From assembly GCA_035649275.1 (NCBI GenBank), contig DASRJW010000009.1, positions 3,771-67,770 on the forward strand: 64,000 nt of DNA. The letters are read 5' to 3'. Every line of letters begins with the position of its first letter. Position 1 is the first letter of the stretch. The position numbers and the translations under genes were made by a program. Source of the DNA: Candidatus Krumholzibacteriia bacterium. GTDB taxonomy: Bacteria > Krumholzibacteriota > Krumholzibacteriia > G020349025. The notes beneath the pieces are model-generated. The model had not been told where the DNA came from. It ran no database searches and saw nothing but the letters and a program-made list of their open reading frames with translations. Of this stretch, positions 1-9,706 are shown piece after piece.

Positions 1-102
1 GAGGAAGCGCTGCAGCTCGCCGAGTCCCTGCCACCGGGACAGCGCAACGAAAACACCATCGCCGGCCTGAAGAAGAAGATCGACGCCTTACCCGTGCAGT
101 GA
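1..102 (+). CDS. 3' end of an upstream CDS (partial, product unknown); frame 1 open from window start to TGA at 100-102
   Basis: Continuous open frame ending ...LKKKIDALPVQ*; only C-terminal 33 aa visible. Confidence 0.35.
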   Translation, partial: EEALQLAESLPPGQRNENTIAGLKKKIDALPVQ

Positions 103-298
103 CGGGCCCCCGTGATCCTTGCGGTCACTGTCCTCGTACGCCGCGGCATGACCCACGCGCGCTCCCCTGGTGAAAAGACCCTCTTGACGCTGCCGGGGAA
201 GCCGGCGCAGAATCACGTCCCCCCAAGGCAACACGGTGCCGTAGGTTTGCCCGCTCGCGGGCTTCGACGCGCCGTTTCTCATCAAGGAGGCGACTCTC

Positions 299-1096
299 AT
301 GTTCCGACAGCTTCCGAGTGTTGTTACACTGGTCGCCCTCGCCCTCACCAGTCTGCCCGCTTGGGGTTCGGACGGCGACATCGCCATCGTCGCCGGGCTC
401 CTCGACAAGCACGGCCGCAAGTTCCAAGGGGCCGAATGCGATTATTGGCTCATCAAGTGGAACGATGCGTCCGAAACCGGGGTGCCGCCCTTCGGCACCT
501 GCACGCCGCCGACGCTGAAGGTCTACGCCGTCCTCGAAGGTGCCAGTGCCCAGGGCATCACCGGTGTGGAGTTCGCCGTCCGCATCGGCCCGGATGGATT
601 CCCCGACCTCGGGTACATCATGTTCGAGATTCCCGCTCCCGGGGCGACGGTGACTCTTGGCAGTGCTTTCACTCCTCCCGATCCGGAGCGGCGCGGCATG
701 AATATCACCTGGGATACTTGCCAGACCGGAGATCAGGGTCGCAGGTTGCTCGAAACAATCGTGGTGATCCCGACCGTGCCTTGCGGCCCGTCCCAGAGGC
801 CGCCGGAGTTCCAGATGACCGTGAGCCAGCACTCCCATCCCTCGAACATCTATTTCCGTTGCCCCCTGTTCACCCTCTGCGACGGACCCGTGTACACCAA
901 GGTCTGCCTCGGAGACGACATCGTGCTTTGCCAAACGCAGACCCCACCCTTCCCGAACGACTCGCAGTGTTCCACCAGCGGTCGTTTCGTCATCAACGGA
1001 TCGGGAAGCTTGGGGAGTTGTGGCGTGCCGAAGGGGTTCGCTCCGGCACCTCTGGAGCAAGGCACGTGGAGCGAACTGAAGTCGCTCTATCGTTGA
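299..1096 (+). CDS. Secreted Cys-rich hypothetical protein (265 aa) with N-terminal signal peptide
   Basis: Strong Shine-Dalgarno AAGGAGG 7 nt upstream of ATG 299; hydrophobic signal VVTLVALALTSLPAWG; competing 112..1104 frame is Arg-rich junk. Confidence 0.6.
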   Translation: MFRQLPSVVTLVALALTSLPAWGSDGDIAIVAGLLDKHGRKFQGAECDYWLIKWNDASETGVPPFGTCTPPTLKVYAVLEGASAQGITGVEFAVRIGPDGFPDLGYIMFEIPAPGATVTLGSAFTPPDPERRGMNITWDTCQTGDQGRRLLETIVVIPTVPCGPSQRPPEFQMTVSQHSHPSNIYFRCPLFTLCDGPVYTKVCLGDDIVLCQTQTPPFPNDSQCSTSGRFVINGSGSLGSCGVPKGFAPAPLEQGTWSELKSLYR

Positions 1097-1390
1097 ATCC
1101 CTGATTGGGCTGTCTCTCCAGGGCCTCCCGCGGCGGTCGCGAGAGGCCCTGGTGTTCTCGGCCCGTTGACGAACGCCTTCGACATCGACCGCGCTCGTGC
1201 GCCTTCGCGGACGAGATCCACGCCACTGGACCTGTCCGTACCCGGGTGGTACGGTATTGTCGTTCGCGAAAAGCGCCAGCACGAGATTCGAGGTATTCCT
1301 CCACCCACTTTGGGGACAAGTCACAGGAGTGGGAGTTGTGTTCGCCGTCGCGGGAAAGGCGGGCGCGATCCGAAAGAATTGGAGCGAGAG

Positions 1391-2995
1391 ATGAAGCGCG
1401 AGGATTCCGGCCCAGAGATCTTTCAGCCCGAGAAAGAGCTGAACGCGGCAGCGATTCCGCCGGGCGTCGACCGTCGCACTTTCCTGATGCGGAGCGCCAT
1501 CATCACCTCGACGGCGGTCATCATGGGTCTTCCGGTTGTGGCGGAAGCACAAGCCAAGGGCGCCACCGCCGCACCTCCCAAGGTCCCCGACTTGTCACCC
1601 GAGCTCAACGTGGTGAAGAAGTCGAAGGGTCCGATCATGACCACGCTGGAGGAGTTCTACAAGGTGGGCCCCGGGCCCTCCAGCTCGCACACCATCGGCC
1701 CGATGCGCATCACCTACGATTTCTACAAACGCTGCACCAAGCTGCCGGCGGACCAACTGGCGAAGGTCACCGGGATCAAGGTCCACCTCTTCGGCAGCCT
1801 GAGCGCCACCGGGAAGGGGCATGGCACGGAGCGCGCCGCCCTCGCCGGCGTGCTCGGCAAAGAGCCCGCGACCGTCGCGCCGGAGTTCCTCGACGGCCTG
1901 GCCGCGGACCCCGGGAAGAGCTATCCCGTGACGCTCGGCGGCAAGACACTCAACCTGTCGCTCAAGGACATCGTCTACGACTCGGCCAAGGGTGACTTCC
2001 CGCACCCCAACACCATGACCTGCAAGCTGATGGGCGGCGACAAGGCGATCTACGAGCTCGAGTACTACTCGGTGGGTGGCGGCTTCATCGAGTGGAAGGG
2101 CTACGAGCCGCCGAAGAAGGGCCAACCCAAGTATCCCTACGCCACGATGAAGGAGCTGCAGGCGCACGCGACAGCGAGCAAGCTCTCCTTCGCGCAGGTC
2201 GTCCTCACCAACGAGGTGGCTGTCTCCGGCAAGAGCGAGGCAGAGATCAACGCCTTCCTCGACAAGATTTCCGGGGCCATGGTCAACATCGTCAAGTCCG
2301 GGCTGAACGCGCCGTCGAGCACGCTGCCCGGGCCCATCAAGCTCAAAACCAAGGCCGGCGAGGTCTACAAGCGCGCCATGGACGACACCTTCGAGAAACA
2401 GCGCGGCGTGGGAGTCGTGTCGGCGTACGCGCTCGCCGGATCGGAGGAGAACGCCCGCGGCCACTTGGTGGTCACCGCGCCGACGGGTGGATCGGCCGGA
2501 GTGATCCCCGCCTTGGTCTACGCCCTCGGCGAGGGCGGGCGCAACTTGCCGCAGGAGAAGATCCGCAGCGGCCTCCTCGCCGCGGCGGCGATCGGGTACC
2601 TCTGCAAGCACAACGCCACCCTCTCGGGAGCCGAAGGTGGGTGTCAGGCGGAGATCGGCGTCGCTTCCGCGATGGGAGCGGCCCTCATTGCCCAGGCCCA
2701 CGATTTCGACCATCAGGTGATCGCGAACTCCGCCGAATCGGCGCTGCAGCACCACCTGGGCATGACCTGCGATCCCGTGGCGGGCTACGTGCAGGTGCCC
2801 TGCATCGAGCGCTGTGCCTTCGGCGCCGTCAAGGCGTGGACCGGCTTCATGATCGCGAGCAACGAGATTCCGGCCAACCGTCGTCTCGACTTCGACACGA
2901 CCGTGACCGCCATGGCGCTCACCGCCAAGGAGATGAACTCGAAGTACAAGGAGACCTCCGAGGGCGGCCTGGCCGTCTCGGTGACGCTTTGCTAG
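1391..2995 (+). CDS. sdaA: L-serine dehydratase (iron-sulfur dependent, single-chain alpha+beta). Long form begins with a Tat-like signal region; canonical N-terminus would be internal ATG at 1637.
   Basis: Motif KVGPGPSSSHTIGPM matches the Fe-S L-serine ammonia-lyase signature (GPSSSHT). GGAG RBS before 1391; DRRTFLMRSAIITSTAVIMGLPVVAEAQA twin-arginine-like segment at aa 27-56; alternative start MTTLEEFYKVG at 1637. Confidence 0.85.
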   Translation: MKREDSGPEIFQPEKELNAAAIPPGVDRRTFLMRSAIITSTAVIMGLPVVAEAQAKGATAAPPKVPDLSPELNVVKKSKGPIMTTLEEFYKVGPGPSSSHTIGPMRITYDFYKRCTKLPADQLAKVTGIKVHLFGSLSATGKGHGTERAALAGVLGKEPATVAPEFLDGLAADPGKSYPVTLGGKTLNLSLKDIVYDSAKGDFPHPNTMTCKLMGGDKAIYELEYYSVGGGFIEWKGYEPPKKGQPKYPYATMKELQAHATASKLSFAQVVLTNEVAVSGKSEAEINAFLDKISGAMVNIVKSGLNAPSSTLPGPIKLKTKAGEVYKRAMDDTFEKQRGVGVVSAYALAGSEENARGHLVVTAPTGGSAGVIPALVYALGEGGRNLPQEKIRSGLLAAAAIGYLCKHNATLSGAEGGCQAEIGVASAMGAALIAQAHDFDHQVIANSAESALQHHLGMTCDPVAGYVQVPCIERCAFGAVKAWTGFMIASNEIPANRRLDFDTTVTAMALTAKEMNSKYKETSEGGLAVSVTLC

Positions 2996-3032
2996 CGCCG
3001 GCCCGGGACACGAGGCAGACGGAGTCCGCCCA

Positions 3033-4289
3033 GTGAACCGCACCACCAGGGTGGCGGCCGTCGCTTGGCTGATCACGGCGGTGTACTACTTCTACCAGTA
3101 CACGCTGCGCTCGGCACCGGCCGTCATGATGCCGCAGCTCTCCGATGCCTTCGGCCTGAGCGCCATGGGCGTCGCCTCGATGGTCGGCCTCTTCTACTGG
3201 GGCTACTCCCCGTTCAGCCTGGTGGCAGGCGTCGCCATGGACCGTCTCGGACCGCGACGGGTCGTGCCACTGGGCGCGGCGGCGGTGGGCATCGGGGCCC
3301 TGCTGTTCGCTTCCGGGAACAACGCGGCGGCGAACGCCGGGCGGCTGTTGCAGGGCGCTGGCGGCGTGTTCGCGCTCGTCGGAGCCGTCTACATCGCCAC
3401 GCAGAGCTTCCCCGCTTCCCGCGCGGCCACGTTGATCGGAGCCACGCAGATGTTCGGCATGGCCGGGGGATCCGCCGGCCAATTCGTGGTCGGGCCGGTG
3501 ATCGGGGCAGGGATCCCGTGGAATCGCTTCTGGTTCGGAATGGGTCTCGGGGGCCTGGTGATCGGAGCTCTGCTGTTCGTGCTCCTCCCGGAGCAGGAGA
3601 AGAAGCCACCGAGCGGCGACTGGCTGAAGAGCGCCGCACGCGCCATGGGCACGGTGTTCCGCAATCCGCAGTCGATCCTGTGCGGGATGATCGCGGGCCT
3701 GCTGTTCATCCCCACCACGATCTTCGACATGATCTGGGGCGTGCGCTACCTGCAGGAAGCCCGCGGCTTCGAGTACGGGGCCGCAGTCATCCGCTCGGCG
3801 ACGGTGCCGCTCGGGTGGATCATCGGCTGCCCGTTGCTGGGTTTCCTCTCGGACCGGCTCGGCCGGCGCAAGCCGGTGATCCTGACGGGCGCCGTCGTGC
3901 TTCTCGGCTGCCTCGCCTGGATCCTTCACGGCCCCGCCGGCGTCCTTCCTCCCTACCTGCTCGGCCTCGTGGCGGGGCTGGCATCGGGTGCGGCGATGCT
4001 GCCGTATACGGTGATCAAAGAGGCCAATCCGCCGGAGATGAGCGGCACCGCCACCGGGGTGATCAACTTCCTGAACTTCACCTTCAGCGCCGTGCTGGGT
4101 CCGGTCTTCGGCTGGGTGCTGACGACCGTCGCCAAGGGATCCAGTGTGAAGACGCTCGAGCACTATCAGACGGCGTTCGGGCCCCTCATGATCGGCGTCG
4201 GACTGGCCATCGTTCTCACCTTCATCCTGAAAGAAACGGGGCCCGCGGTGCGGCGGCCGGCCCCAGCTGTCGCCGGGAGGACTCCATGA
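3033..4289 (+). CDS. MFS transporter (12-TMS; candidate organic anion/formate-oxalate-type or amino-acid carrier)
   Basis: Multiple hydrophobic helices, MFS-like loop motif GVAMDRLGPRRV; lies between sdaA and pta; stop overlaps pta ATG (ATGA). Confidence 0.8.
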   Translation: MNRTTRVAAVAWLITAVYYFYQYTLRSAPAVMMPQLSDAFGLSAMGVASMVGLFYWGYSPFSLVAGVAMDRLGPRRVVPLGAAAVGIGALLFASGNNAAANAGRLLQGAGGVFALVGAVYIATQSFPASRAATLIGATQMFGMAGGSAGQFVVGPVIGAGIPWNRFWFGMGLGGLVIGALLFVLLPEQEKKPPSGDWLKSAARAMGTVFRNPQSILCGMIAGLLFIPTTIFDMIWGVRYLQEARGFEYGAAVIRSATVPLGWIIGCPLLGFLSDRLGRRKPVILTGAVVLLGCLAWILHGPAGVLPPYLLGLVAGLASGAAMLPYTVIKEANPPEMSGTATGVINFLNFTFSAVLGPVFGWVLTTVAKGSSVKTLEHYQTAFGPLMIGVGLAIVLTFILKETGPAVRRPAPAVAGRTP

Positions 4290-5293
4290 CTGCGAAGAGC
4301 GCAACCACTGCGAAAACCGCAACACCTCGGAAGACTGCAACACCTCGGAAGACTGCAACACCTGCGAAGACCGGGACGGGGAAATACGAGCGGTTGCTGG
4401 AACGATGCAAGAGCCTGGAACCGATCCCTACCGCGGTCGCGTATCCATGCGAGGAGACGGCTCTGGCCGGGGCGGTCGAGGCCGGCGAGAAGGGGTTGAG
4501 CCGGCCGATCCTCGTGGGGCCGCTGGCCCAGATCAAGCAGCTGGCGAAGAAGGCGGGGATCAACCTGGCCCACGTCGAGCTCGTCGAGGCGCCGAACCCC
4601 CATGCCGCTGCCACCAAAGCCGTGGAGCTGGTGCGCCAGGGCAAGGCCGAGCTCCTGATGAAGGGCAGCCTGCACACCGACGAACTCCTGGCTGCCGTGG
4701 TGGCGCGGGAGACGGGGCTCCGCACCGGACGGCGCCTCAGCCATGTGTTCATCATGGACGTGCCGACCTACCACAAGGTCCTGGTGGTGACGGACGCAGC
4801 CATCAACATCGCACCGAATCTGGAAGACAAGGTCGACATCTGCCAGAACGCCATCGATCTCGCCATCTCCCTCGGCGTCGAGAAACCGAAGGTTGCGATC
4901 CTCGCCGCCGTCGAGACGGTGAACTCCAAGATGCCCGCCACTCTCGACGCCGCCGCCCTGTGCAAGATGGCAGAGCGCGGGCAGATCACCGGAGCCCTCT
5001 TGGACGGCCCGCTCGCCTTCGACAACGCCATCAGCAAGCAAGCGGCAAAAACGAAGGGAATCCACTCCGAGGTGGCTGGCGATCCGGACATCCTGCTCGC
5101 CCCCGACCTGGAGGCGGGCAACATCCTGGCCAAGCAGCTCAGCTTCCTGGCCAACGCCGATAGCGCCGGCCTCGTGCTTGGAGCCCGCGTGCCCATCATT
5201 CTGACCAGCCGCTCCGACAGCGTCCGCTCGAGAATCGCGAGCGTCGCCGTCGCCACACTGGCGGCCCACGCTCGTAGAAGGGCACCGCGATGA
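4286..5293 (+). CDS. pta: Phosphate acetyltransferase / phosphate butyryltransferase family (short Pta), with repeat-containing N-terminal extension
   Basis: PTA_PTB-family similarity from ...YERLLERCKSLEPIPTAVAYPCEE through C-terminus; ATG 4286 overlaps MFS stop; N-terminal TAKTATPRKTATPRKTATPAKT encoded by 18-bp tandem repeats. Confidence 0.85.
   Translation: MTAKSATTAKTATPRKTATPRKTATPAKTGTGKYERLLERCKSLEPIPTAVAYPCEETALAGAVEAGEKGLSRPILVGPLAQIKQLAKKAGINLAHVELVEAPNPHAAATKAVELVRQGKAELLMKGSLHTDELLAAVVARETGLRTGRRLSHVFIMDVPTYHKVLVVTDAAINIAPNLEDKVDICQNAIDLAISLGVEKPKVAILAAVETVNSKMPATLDAAALCKMAERGQITGALLDGPLAFDNAISKQAAKTKGIHSEVAGDPDILLAPDLEAGNILAKQLSFLANADSAGLVLGARVPIILTSRSDSVRSRIASVAVATLAAHARRRAPR
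4301..4372 (+). repeat. Tandem 18-bp repeat x4 (gcaacacctcggaagact, two perfect and two imperfect copies) at 5' end of pta
   Basis: Read directly from sequence; encodes ATPRKT repeats in pta reading frame. Confidence 0.9.
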
Positions 5294-5361
5294 GGCGCTG
5301 GAAGCTGCGAGCTGATGGCGTACGCCTGAGTGAGACGCATCGATGAGCGGAGCGATACGGT

Positions 5362-6558
5362 ATGGATGAATACGCCCTCGTCTTCAATGCCGGCTCTTCG
5401 AGCCTCAAGTTCTGTGTCTATGGGAGGCCGGAAGGCGACGCCTGGCACCTGGACGCGCGCGGCCAGATCGAGGGGATCGGAACCGCGCCGCGGCTGACCG
5501 TGAAGGACGGAGCCGGCGCCAGTCTCACCGATCAGCCACTCGACAAGGCGGTGAGCGATGGGCGGGGCGCCCTCGACTCCCTCGCGGCCTGGCTCCGTTC
5601 TCGGTATGGAGAGGGGCGCGTGCTCGGTGTCGGCCACCGTGTGGTGCACGGCGGGATGCACTATGCAGCCCCCACCATCGTGACGCCCCCGGTCCTGGAG
5701 GAGCTGCGGCAGCTGATTCCGCTCGCTCCCCTGCATCAACCGCACAACCTCGGGGCCATCGAAGCGGTCACGGAGCGCCTTCCTGGCGTGCCGCAGGTCG
5801 CCTGCTTCGACACCGGGTTCCATCGGGGCCAGCCTGCCGTCGCCGAAGTGATCCCCCTGCCGCGAGACCTCCGCAGCTCCGGCGTGCAGCGCTACGGTTT
5901 CCACGGCCTCTCGTACGAGTACATCGCCTCGGTCCTGCCGCAGGTGGCGCCGGAGATCGCCGCCGGGCGGGTGATCGTCGCGCATCTCGGGAGCGGCGCC
6001 AGTCTGTGCGCCTTGCGGAACGGGAAGAGCGTCGACCACAGCCTGGGGTTCACCGCTCTCGACGGGCTCTGCATGGGCACGCGACCCGGTGCCCTCGATC
6101 CCGGTGTGGTCCTCTACCTCTTTCAGGGCCTCGGCCTCAGCGTCAAGGAAGTGGAGACCGTCCTCTACAAGAAATCCGGCCTGCTGGGCATTTCCGGCAT
6201 CAGCAATGACATGCGCGAGCTGCTCGGGAGCAGCGAACCCGCCGCCAAGCTGGCGGTGGACTACTTCGTCTACCGCGCCGCCAGGGAGATCGGAGCGCTC
6301 GCCGCCGTGCTGGGCGGGATCGACGGCCTGGTCTTCACCGCCGGCATCGGGGAGAACTCGGCCGAGATCCGCCGCCGCATCGGCGAAGCCTGCGCCTGGC
6401 TCGGGATCCAGATCGACCCCGAGGCGAACGCGCGCAAGGGTCCGCGCCTCTCCCGACCGGGGGCCGCGGTCTCGGCCTGGGTGATCCCGACCAACGAAGA
6501 GCTGATGATCGCCCGGCACACCGGGCGGTTGCTCGGACTGATCGAGCCTGGGGCCTAA
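5362..6558 (+). CDS. ackA: Acetate kinase
   Basis: N-terminal [11 protein letters not shown] motif characteristic of the acetate/propionate kinase family; 398 aa. Confidence 0.9.
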   Translation: MDEYALVFNAGSSSLKFCVYGRPEGDAWHLDARGQIEGIGTAPRLTVKDGAGASLTDQPLDKAVSDGRGALDSLAAWLRSRYGEGRVLGVGHRVVHGGMHYAAPTIVTPPVLEELRQLIPLAPLHQPHNLGAIEAVTERLPGVPQVACFDTGFHRGQPAVAEVIPLPRDLRSSGVQRYGFHGLSYEYIASVLPQVAPEIAAGRVIVAHLGSGASLCALRNGKSVDHSLGFTALDGLCMGTRPGALDPGVVLYLFQGLGLSVKEVETVLYKKSGLLGISGISNDMRELLGSSEPAAKLAVDYFVYRAAREIGALAAVLGGIDGLVFTAGIGENSAEIRRRIGEACAWLGIQIDPEANARKGPRLSRPGAAVSAWVIPTNEELMIARHTGRLLGLIEPGA

Positions 6559-6580
6559 CGAAACCAACAAGGAGCGATCG

Positions 6581-8842
6581 ATGGCATCGATCAAAGCACG
6601 AGAGAAAGCGACCGGGGAGACCGGAGCTGCCTGGCGGGAATTCCAGGGCGGTCTCTGGCAAAAGGAAATCAACGTCCGGGACTTCATCCAACAGAACTAT
6701 CGGCCGTACGCGGAAGACGAATCCTTCCTGGCCCCGGCCACGGAGCGCACGCAGAAGATCTGGAAACGCCTGCAAGAGCTGTTCGTCGAAGAACGGCGAA
6801 AAGGAGTCCTCGACGTCTCCCCGCTCCCCAGCTCCATCACCGCCCACGGGCCGGGATACATCGACCGGGAGCACGAGATGATCGTCGGCCTGCAAACCGA
6901 AGCTCCGCTCCGGCGCGCGATCATGCCGAACGGCGGCTTGCGCATGGTCCTCGGCGCGCTCAAGACCTACGGCTACGAACCCGATCCCCACATGGTCGAG
7001 GCCTTCACCAAGTACCGGAGGACGCACAACGACGCCGTCTTCGACGGCTACACCGCGGACATCCGGCGCTGCCGGAGCTCGCACATCCTGACCGGGCTGC
7101 CCGACGCCTACGGTCGCGGCCGCATCATCGGCGACTACCGGCGCGTGCCGCTCTACGGCGTTGCACGGCTCATCGAGCGCAAGAAAGAGGAGAAAGCCGC
7201 CCTCGATGTGGTGCAGTCGACGGACGACGTCATCCGCGATCGCGAGGAACTCGCGGAGCAGACCCGGGCTCTCGAGGAGCTCGTGAAGATGGCAGCGAGC
7301 TACGGCTTCGACATCTCCGGTCCGGCTCGGAACGCCAAGGAAGCGGTGCAGTGGCTCTACTTCGCCTACCTGGGAGCAGTGAAGGAGCAGAACGGCGCCG
7401 CCATGTCGCTGGGGCGGACCTCGACCTTCCTCGACATCTACTTCGAGCGAGATCTCGCTGCCGGCAGCCTCACCGAGGAGCAGGCGCAGGAGATCATCGA
7501 CGACTTCGTCATCAAGCTGCGCATCGTCCGCTTCCTCCGCACGCCGGAATACGACGAGCTGTTCGCCGGCGATCCGACCTGGGTCACCGAGTCCATCGCC
7601 GGCATGGGGGACGATGGGCGGTCGTTGGTAACGAAGACGAGCTTCCGCCTGCTGCATACTCTCTACAACCTCGGTCCCGCGCCCGAGCCGAACCTGACCA
7701 TCTGGTATTCGCCGCATCTGCCCGATGCCTTCCGGCGCTTCGCCGCCAAGGTCGCCATCGACACCAGCTCCCTTCAGTTCGAGAGCGACGAGATCATGCG
7801 CCGCACCTGGGGGGACGACGGCGCCATCGCTTGCTGCGTCTCGCCGATGCTGGTGGGCAAGCAGATGCAGTTCTTCGGCGCCCGGGCCAATTTGGCCAAA
7901 TGCCTTCTTTACGCCATCAACGGCGGCCGCGACGAAGTGAGCGGCGAGCAGGTGGGCCCGGCGCTCGGTGCCGCCCAGGGTGACATCCTCGACTTCGACG
8001 ACGTAATCTCGAAGTTCGAGAAGATGATGGACTGGCTGGCCCGGGTCTACGTCAACGCGATGAACGTCATCCATTACATGCACGACAAGTACGCCTACGA
8101 GAGGCTCGAGATGGCGCTGCACGACTACGCGCCTCTACGAACCATGGCCTTCGGGATGGCGGGCATGTCCGTGGTCGCCGACAGCCTCTCGGCGATCAAA
8201 CATGCCAAGGTACGAGTCGTCCGCGACAAAACCGGACTCATCACAGATTACAAGACCGAAGGTGAGTTTCCTGTGTTCGGCAACAACGACAACCGTGTGG
8301 ACCATCTCGCCACCTGGGTCGTCAGCACCTTCATGGGCAAGCTGCGGAAGTACCCCACCTATCGCGGCGCCGTCCACACCCAATCGATCCTGACCATCAC
8401 CTCCAATGTCGTCTACGGCAAGGCGACCGGGAACACGCCGGACGGACGCCGTCACGGCGAACCGTTCGCCCCGGGCGCGAACCCGATGCACGGCCGTGAC
8501 AGCCACGGCATCCACGCCGCCGCCGCGTCGGTGGCGAAGATCCCCTATCGCGACGCGGCCGACGGCATCTCCCTCACCGCCAGCCTGGTGCCCGAAGGCC
8601 TCGGGCGGGTGGCCGACGACCGCAAGACCAATCTCACCAGCATCCTGGACGCCTTCTTCGGCAGCACCGGCTACCACATGAACGTGAACGTGCTGAATCG
8701 CGACACGCTCCTGGACGCCATGGAGCACCCGGAAAAGTACCCGAGCCTGACGATCCGCGTGTCGGGCTATGCGGTCAATTTCGTGCGCCTGACGCGGGAG
8801 CAGCAGATGGACGTGATCAACCGCACCTTCCACGGCGCCTGA
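6581..8842 (+). CDS. pflB: Pyruvate formate-lyase (formate C-acetyltransferase), glycyl radical enzyme
   Basis: 753 aa; C-terminal glycyl-radical motif RVSGYAVNF; 22-nt gap after ackA with GGAG RBS. Confidence 0.9.
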   Translation: MASIKAREKATGETGAAWREFQGGLWQKEINVRDFIQQNYRPYAEDESFLAPATERTQKIWKRLQELFVEERRKGVLDVSPLPSSITAHGPGYIDREHEMIVGLQTEAPLRRAIMPNGGLRMVLGALKTYGYEPDPHMVEAFTKYRRTHNDAVFDGYTADIRRCRSSHILTGLPDAYGRGRIIGDYRRVPLYGVARLIERKKEEKAALDVVQSTDDVIRDREELAEQTRALEELVKMAASYGFDISGPARNAKEAVQWLYFAYLGAVKEQNGAAMSLGRTSTFLDIYFERDLAAGSLTEEQAQEIIDDFVIKLRIVRFLRTPEYDELFAGDPTWVTESIAGMGDDGRSLVTKTSFRLLHTLYNLGPAPEPNLTIWYSPHLPDAFRRFAAKVAIDTSSLQFESDEIMRRTWGDDGAIACCVSPMLVGKQMQFFGARANLAKCLLYAINGGRDEVSGEQVGPALGAAQGDILDFDDVISKFEKMMDWLARVYVNAMNVIHYMHDKYAYERLEMALHDYAPLRTMAFGMAGMSVVADSLSAIKHAKVRVVRDKTGLITDYKTEGEFPVFGNNDNRVDHLATWVVSTFMGKLRKYPTYRGAVHTQSILTITSNVVYGKATGNTPDGRRHGEPFAPGANPMHGRDSHGIHAAAASVAKIPYRDAADGISLTASLVPEGLGRVADDRKTNLTSILDAFFGSTGYHMNVNVLNRDTLLDAMEHPEKYPSLTIRVSGYAVNFVRLTREQQMDVINRTFHGA

Positions 8843-8854
8843 TCAGAGGTTCCC

Positions 8855-9706
8855 ATGACCCACGAACAGAACCAGCCTCCGGCAGACACCCCGCTCGAGG
8901 CGCGCAGCCCTTTCGAGATGCGCGTCAACCTCGCCAAGGATCTGCCGGAAACGACGGTGCGCGAGGCGGTCGCCAGCGGCGACATGGGGTTCCTGCACTC
9001 CTTCACCACCGGCTCGGCGGTCGACGGCCCCGGGGTTCGCCTCGTGGCGTGGACGGCGGGCTGCATGTGGCGTTGTGTCTACTGCCACAATCCGGACACT
9101 TGGACCATGAGAAACGGGATCCCGGTCACTCTCGAGCGGGCGACGGAAGCGCTGCGCAAGTACCGCCTCGGGCTGAAGGCGATGTCCGGCGGCTTCACCC
9201 TGAGCGGTGGCGAGGCCCTGATGCAGCACCGTTTCGCGGTGCGGCTCTTCGCCGCCGCGCGAGAGATGGGCATCCACACCGCCCTCGACACCAACGGCTA
9301 CTTCGGCGAGCGCTTGACCGACGCCGAGCTCGAGGGGATCGACCTCTACCTTCTCGACCTCAAGCTCTGGGATCCCGAACGCCACCGCCAACTCACCGGC
9401 ATGGAGAACGGCCCCACCCTGGAGTTCGCGCGCCGCCTCGCGGCGCTCAGGCGGCCGATCTGGGTGCGCTTCGTGCTGGTGCCGGGCTGGACGGATGATC
9501 CGGACGAGATCGCCAAGATCGCCCGCTTCGCGGGCGGCCTCGGGAACGTGGAGCGCGTGGACGTTCTCCCCTTCCACCAGATGGGCCGCTACAAGTGGGA
9601 GCGACTCGGGCTCGAGTACAAGCTCCCGGAGGTCAAGCCCCCGACGGCGGAAGCGGTGGAGAAGGCGTGCGCGGCTTTCCGCGCCGAAGGGCTGAAGGCC
9701 TACTGA
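8855..9706 (+). CDS. pflA: Pyruvate formate-lyase activating enzyme (radical SAM)
   Basis: CMWRCVYCHNPDTW radical-SAM CxxxCxxC cluster motif; glycine-rich SGGE motif; directly follows pflB. Confidence 0.9.
   Translation: MTHEQNQPPADTPLEARSPFEMRVNLAKDLPETTVREAVASGDMGFLHSFTTGSAVDGPGVRLVAWTAGCMWRCVYCHNPDTWTMRNGIPVTLERATEALRKYRLGLKAMSGGFTLSGGEALMQHRFAVRLFAAAREMGIHTALDTNGYFGERLTDAELEGIDLYLLDLKLWDPERHRQLTGMENGPTLEFARRLAALRRPIWVRFVLVPGWTDDPDEIAKIARFAGGLGNVERVDVLPFHQMGRYKWERLGLEYKLPEVKPPTAEAVEKACAAFRAEGLKAY

Noticed and set aside
1105-1390. Searched the 286-nt sdaA leader for an FNR/CRP palindrome (TTGAT-N4-ATCAA) or a glycine/serine riboswitch
   Set aside because: Only weak half-site-like matches (TTGACgaacgccTTCGAc). 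No riboswitch consensus could be recognised by eye, and this needs an Infernal scan.
125-1552. 475-aa minus-strand ORF (and 112..1104 plus-strand 330-aa ORF) overlapping the secreted protein gene
   Set aside because: Arg/Gly-rich low-complexity translation with no RBS or signal; typical antisense/alternate-frame open frames in high-GC DNA. The 299..1096 frame has a strong SD and a signal peptide.
1595-3076. 493-aa minus-strand ORF antisense to sdaA
   Set aside because: Antisense shadow of a strongly supported gene; composition is Arg/Gly/Val-rich junk.
2919-4361. 480-aa minus-strand ORF, and 3065..4285 portion of the 742-aa plus ORF, overlapping the MFS gene
   Set aside because: Alternate-frame artefacts. 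The MFS frame shows clear TM periodicity, and only the last about 335 codons (from 4286) of the 742-aa frame show Pta homology.
4768-6687. 639-aa minus-strand ORF antisense to pta/ackA
   Set aside because: Antisense to two high-confidence genes; no domain signal.
6335-8122. 595-aa minus-strand ORF antisense to pflB
   Set aside because: Antisense shadow ORF in GC-rich DNA.
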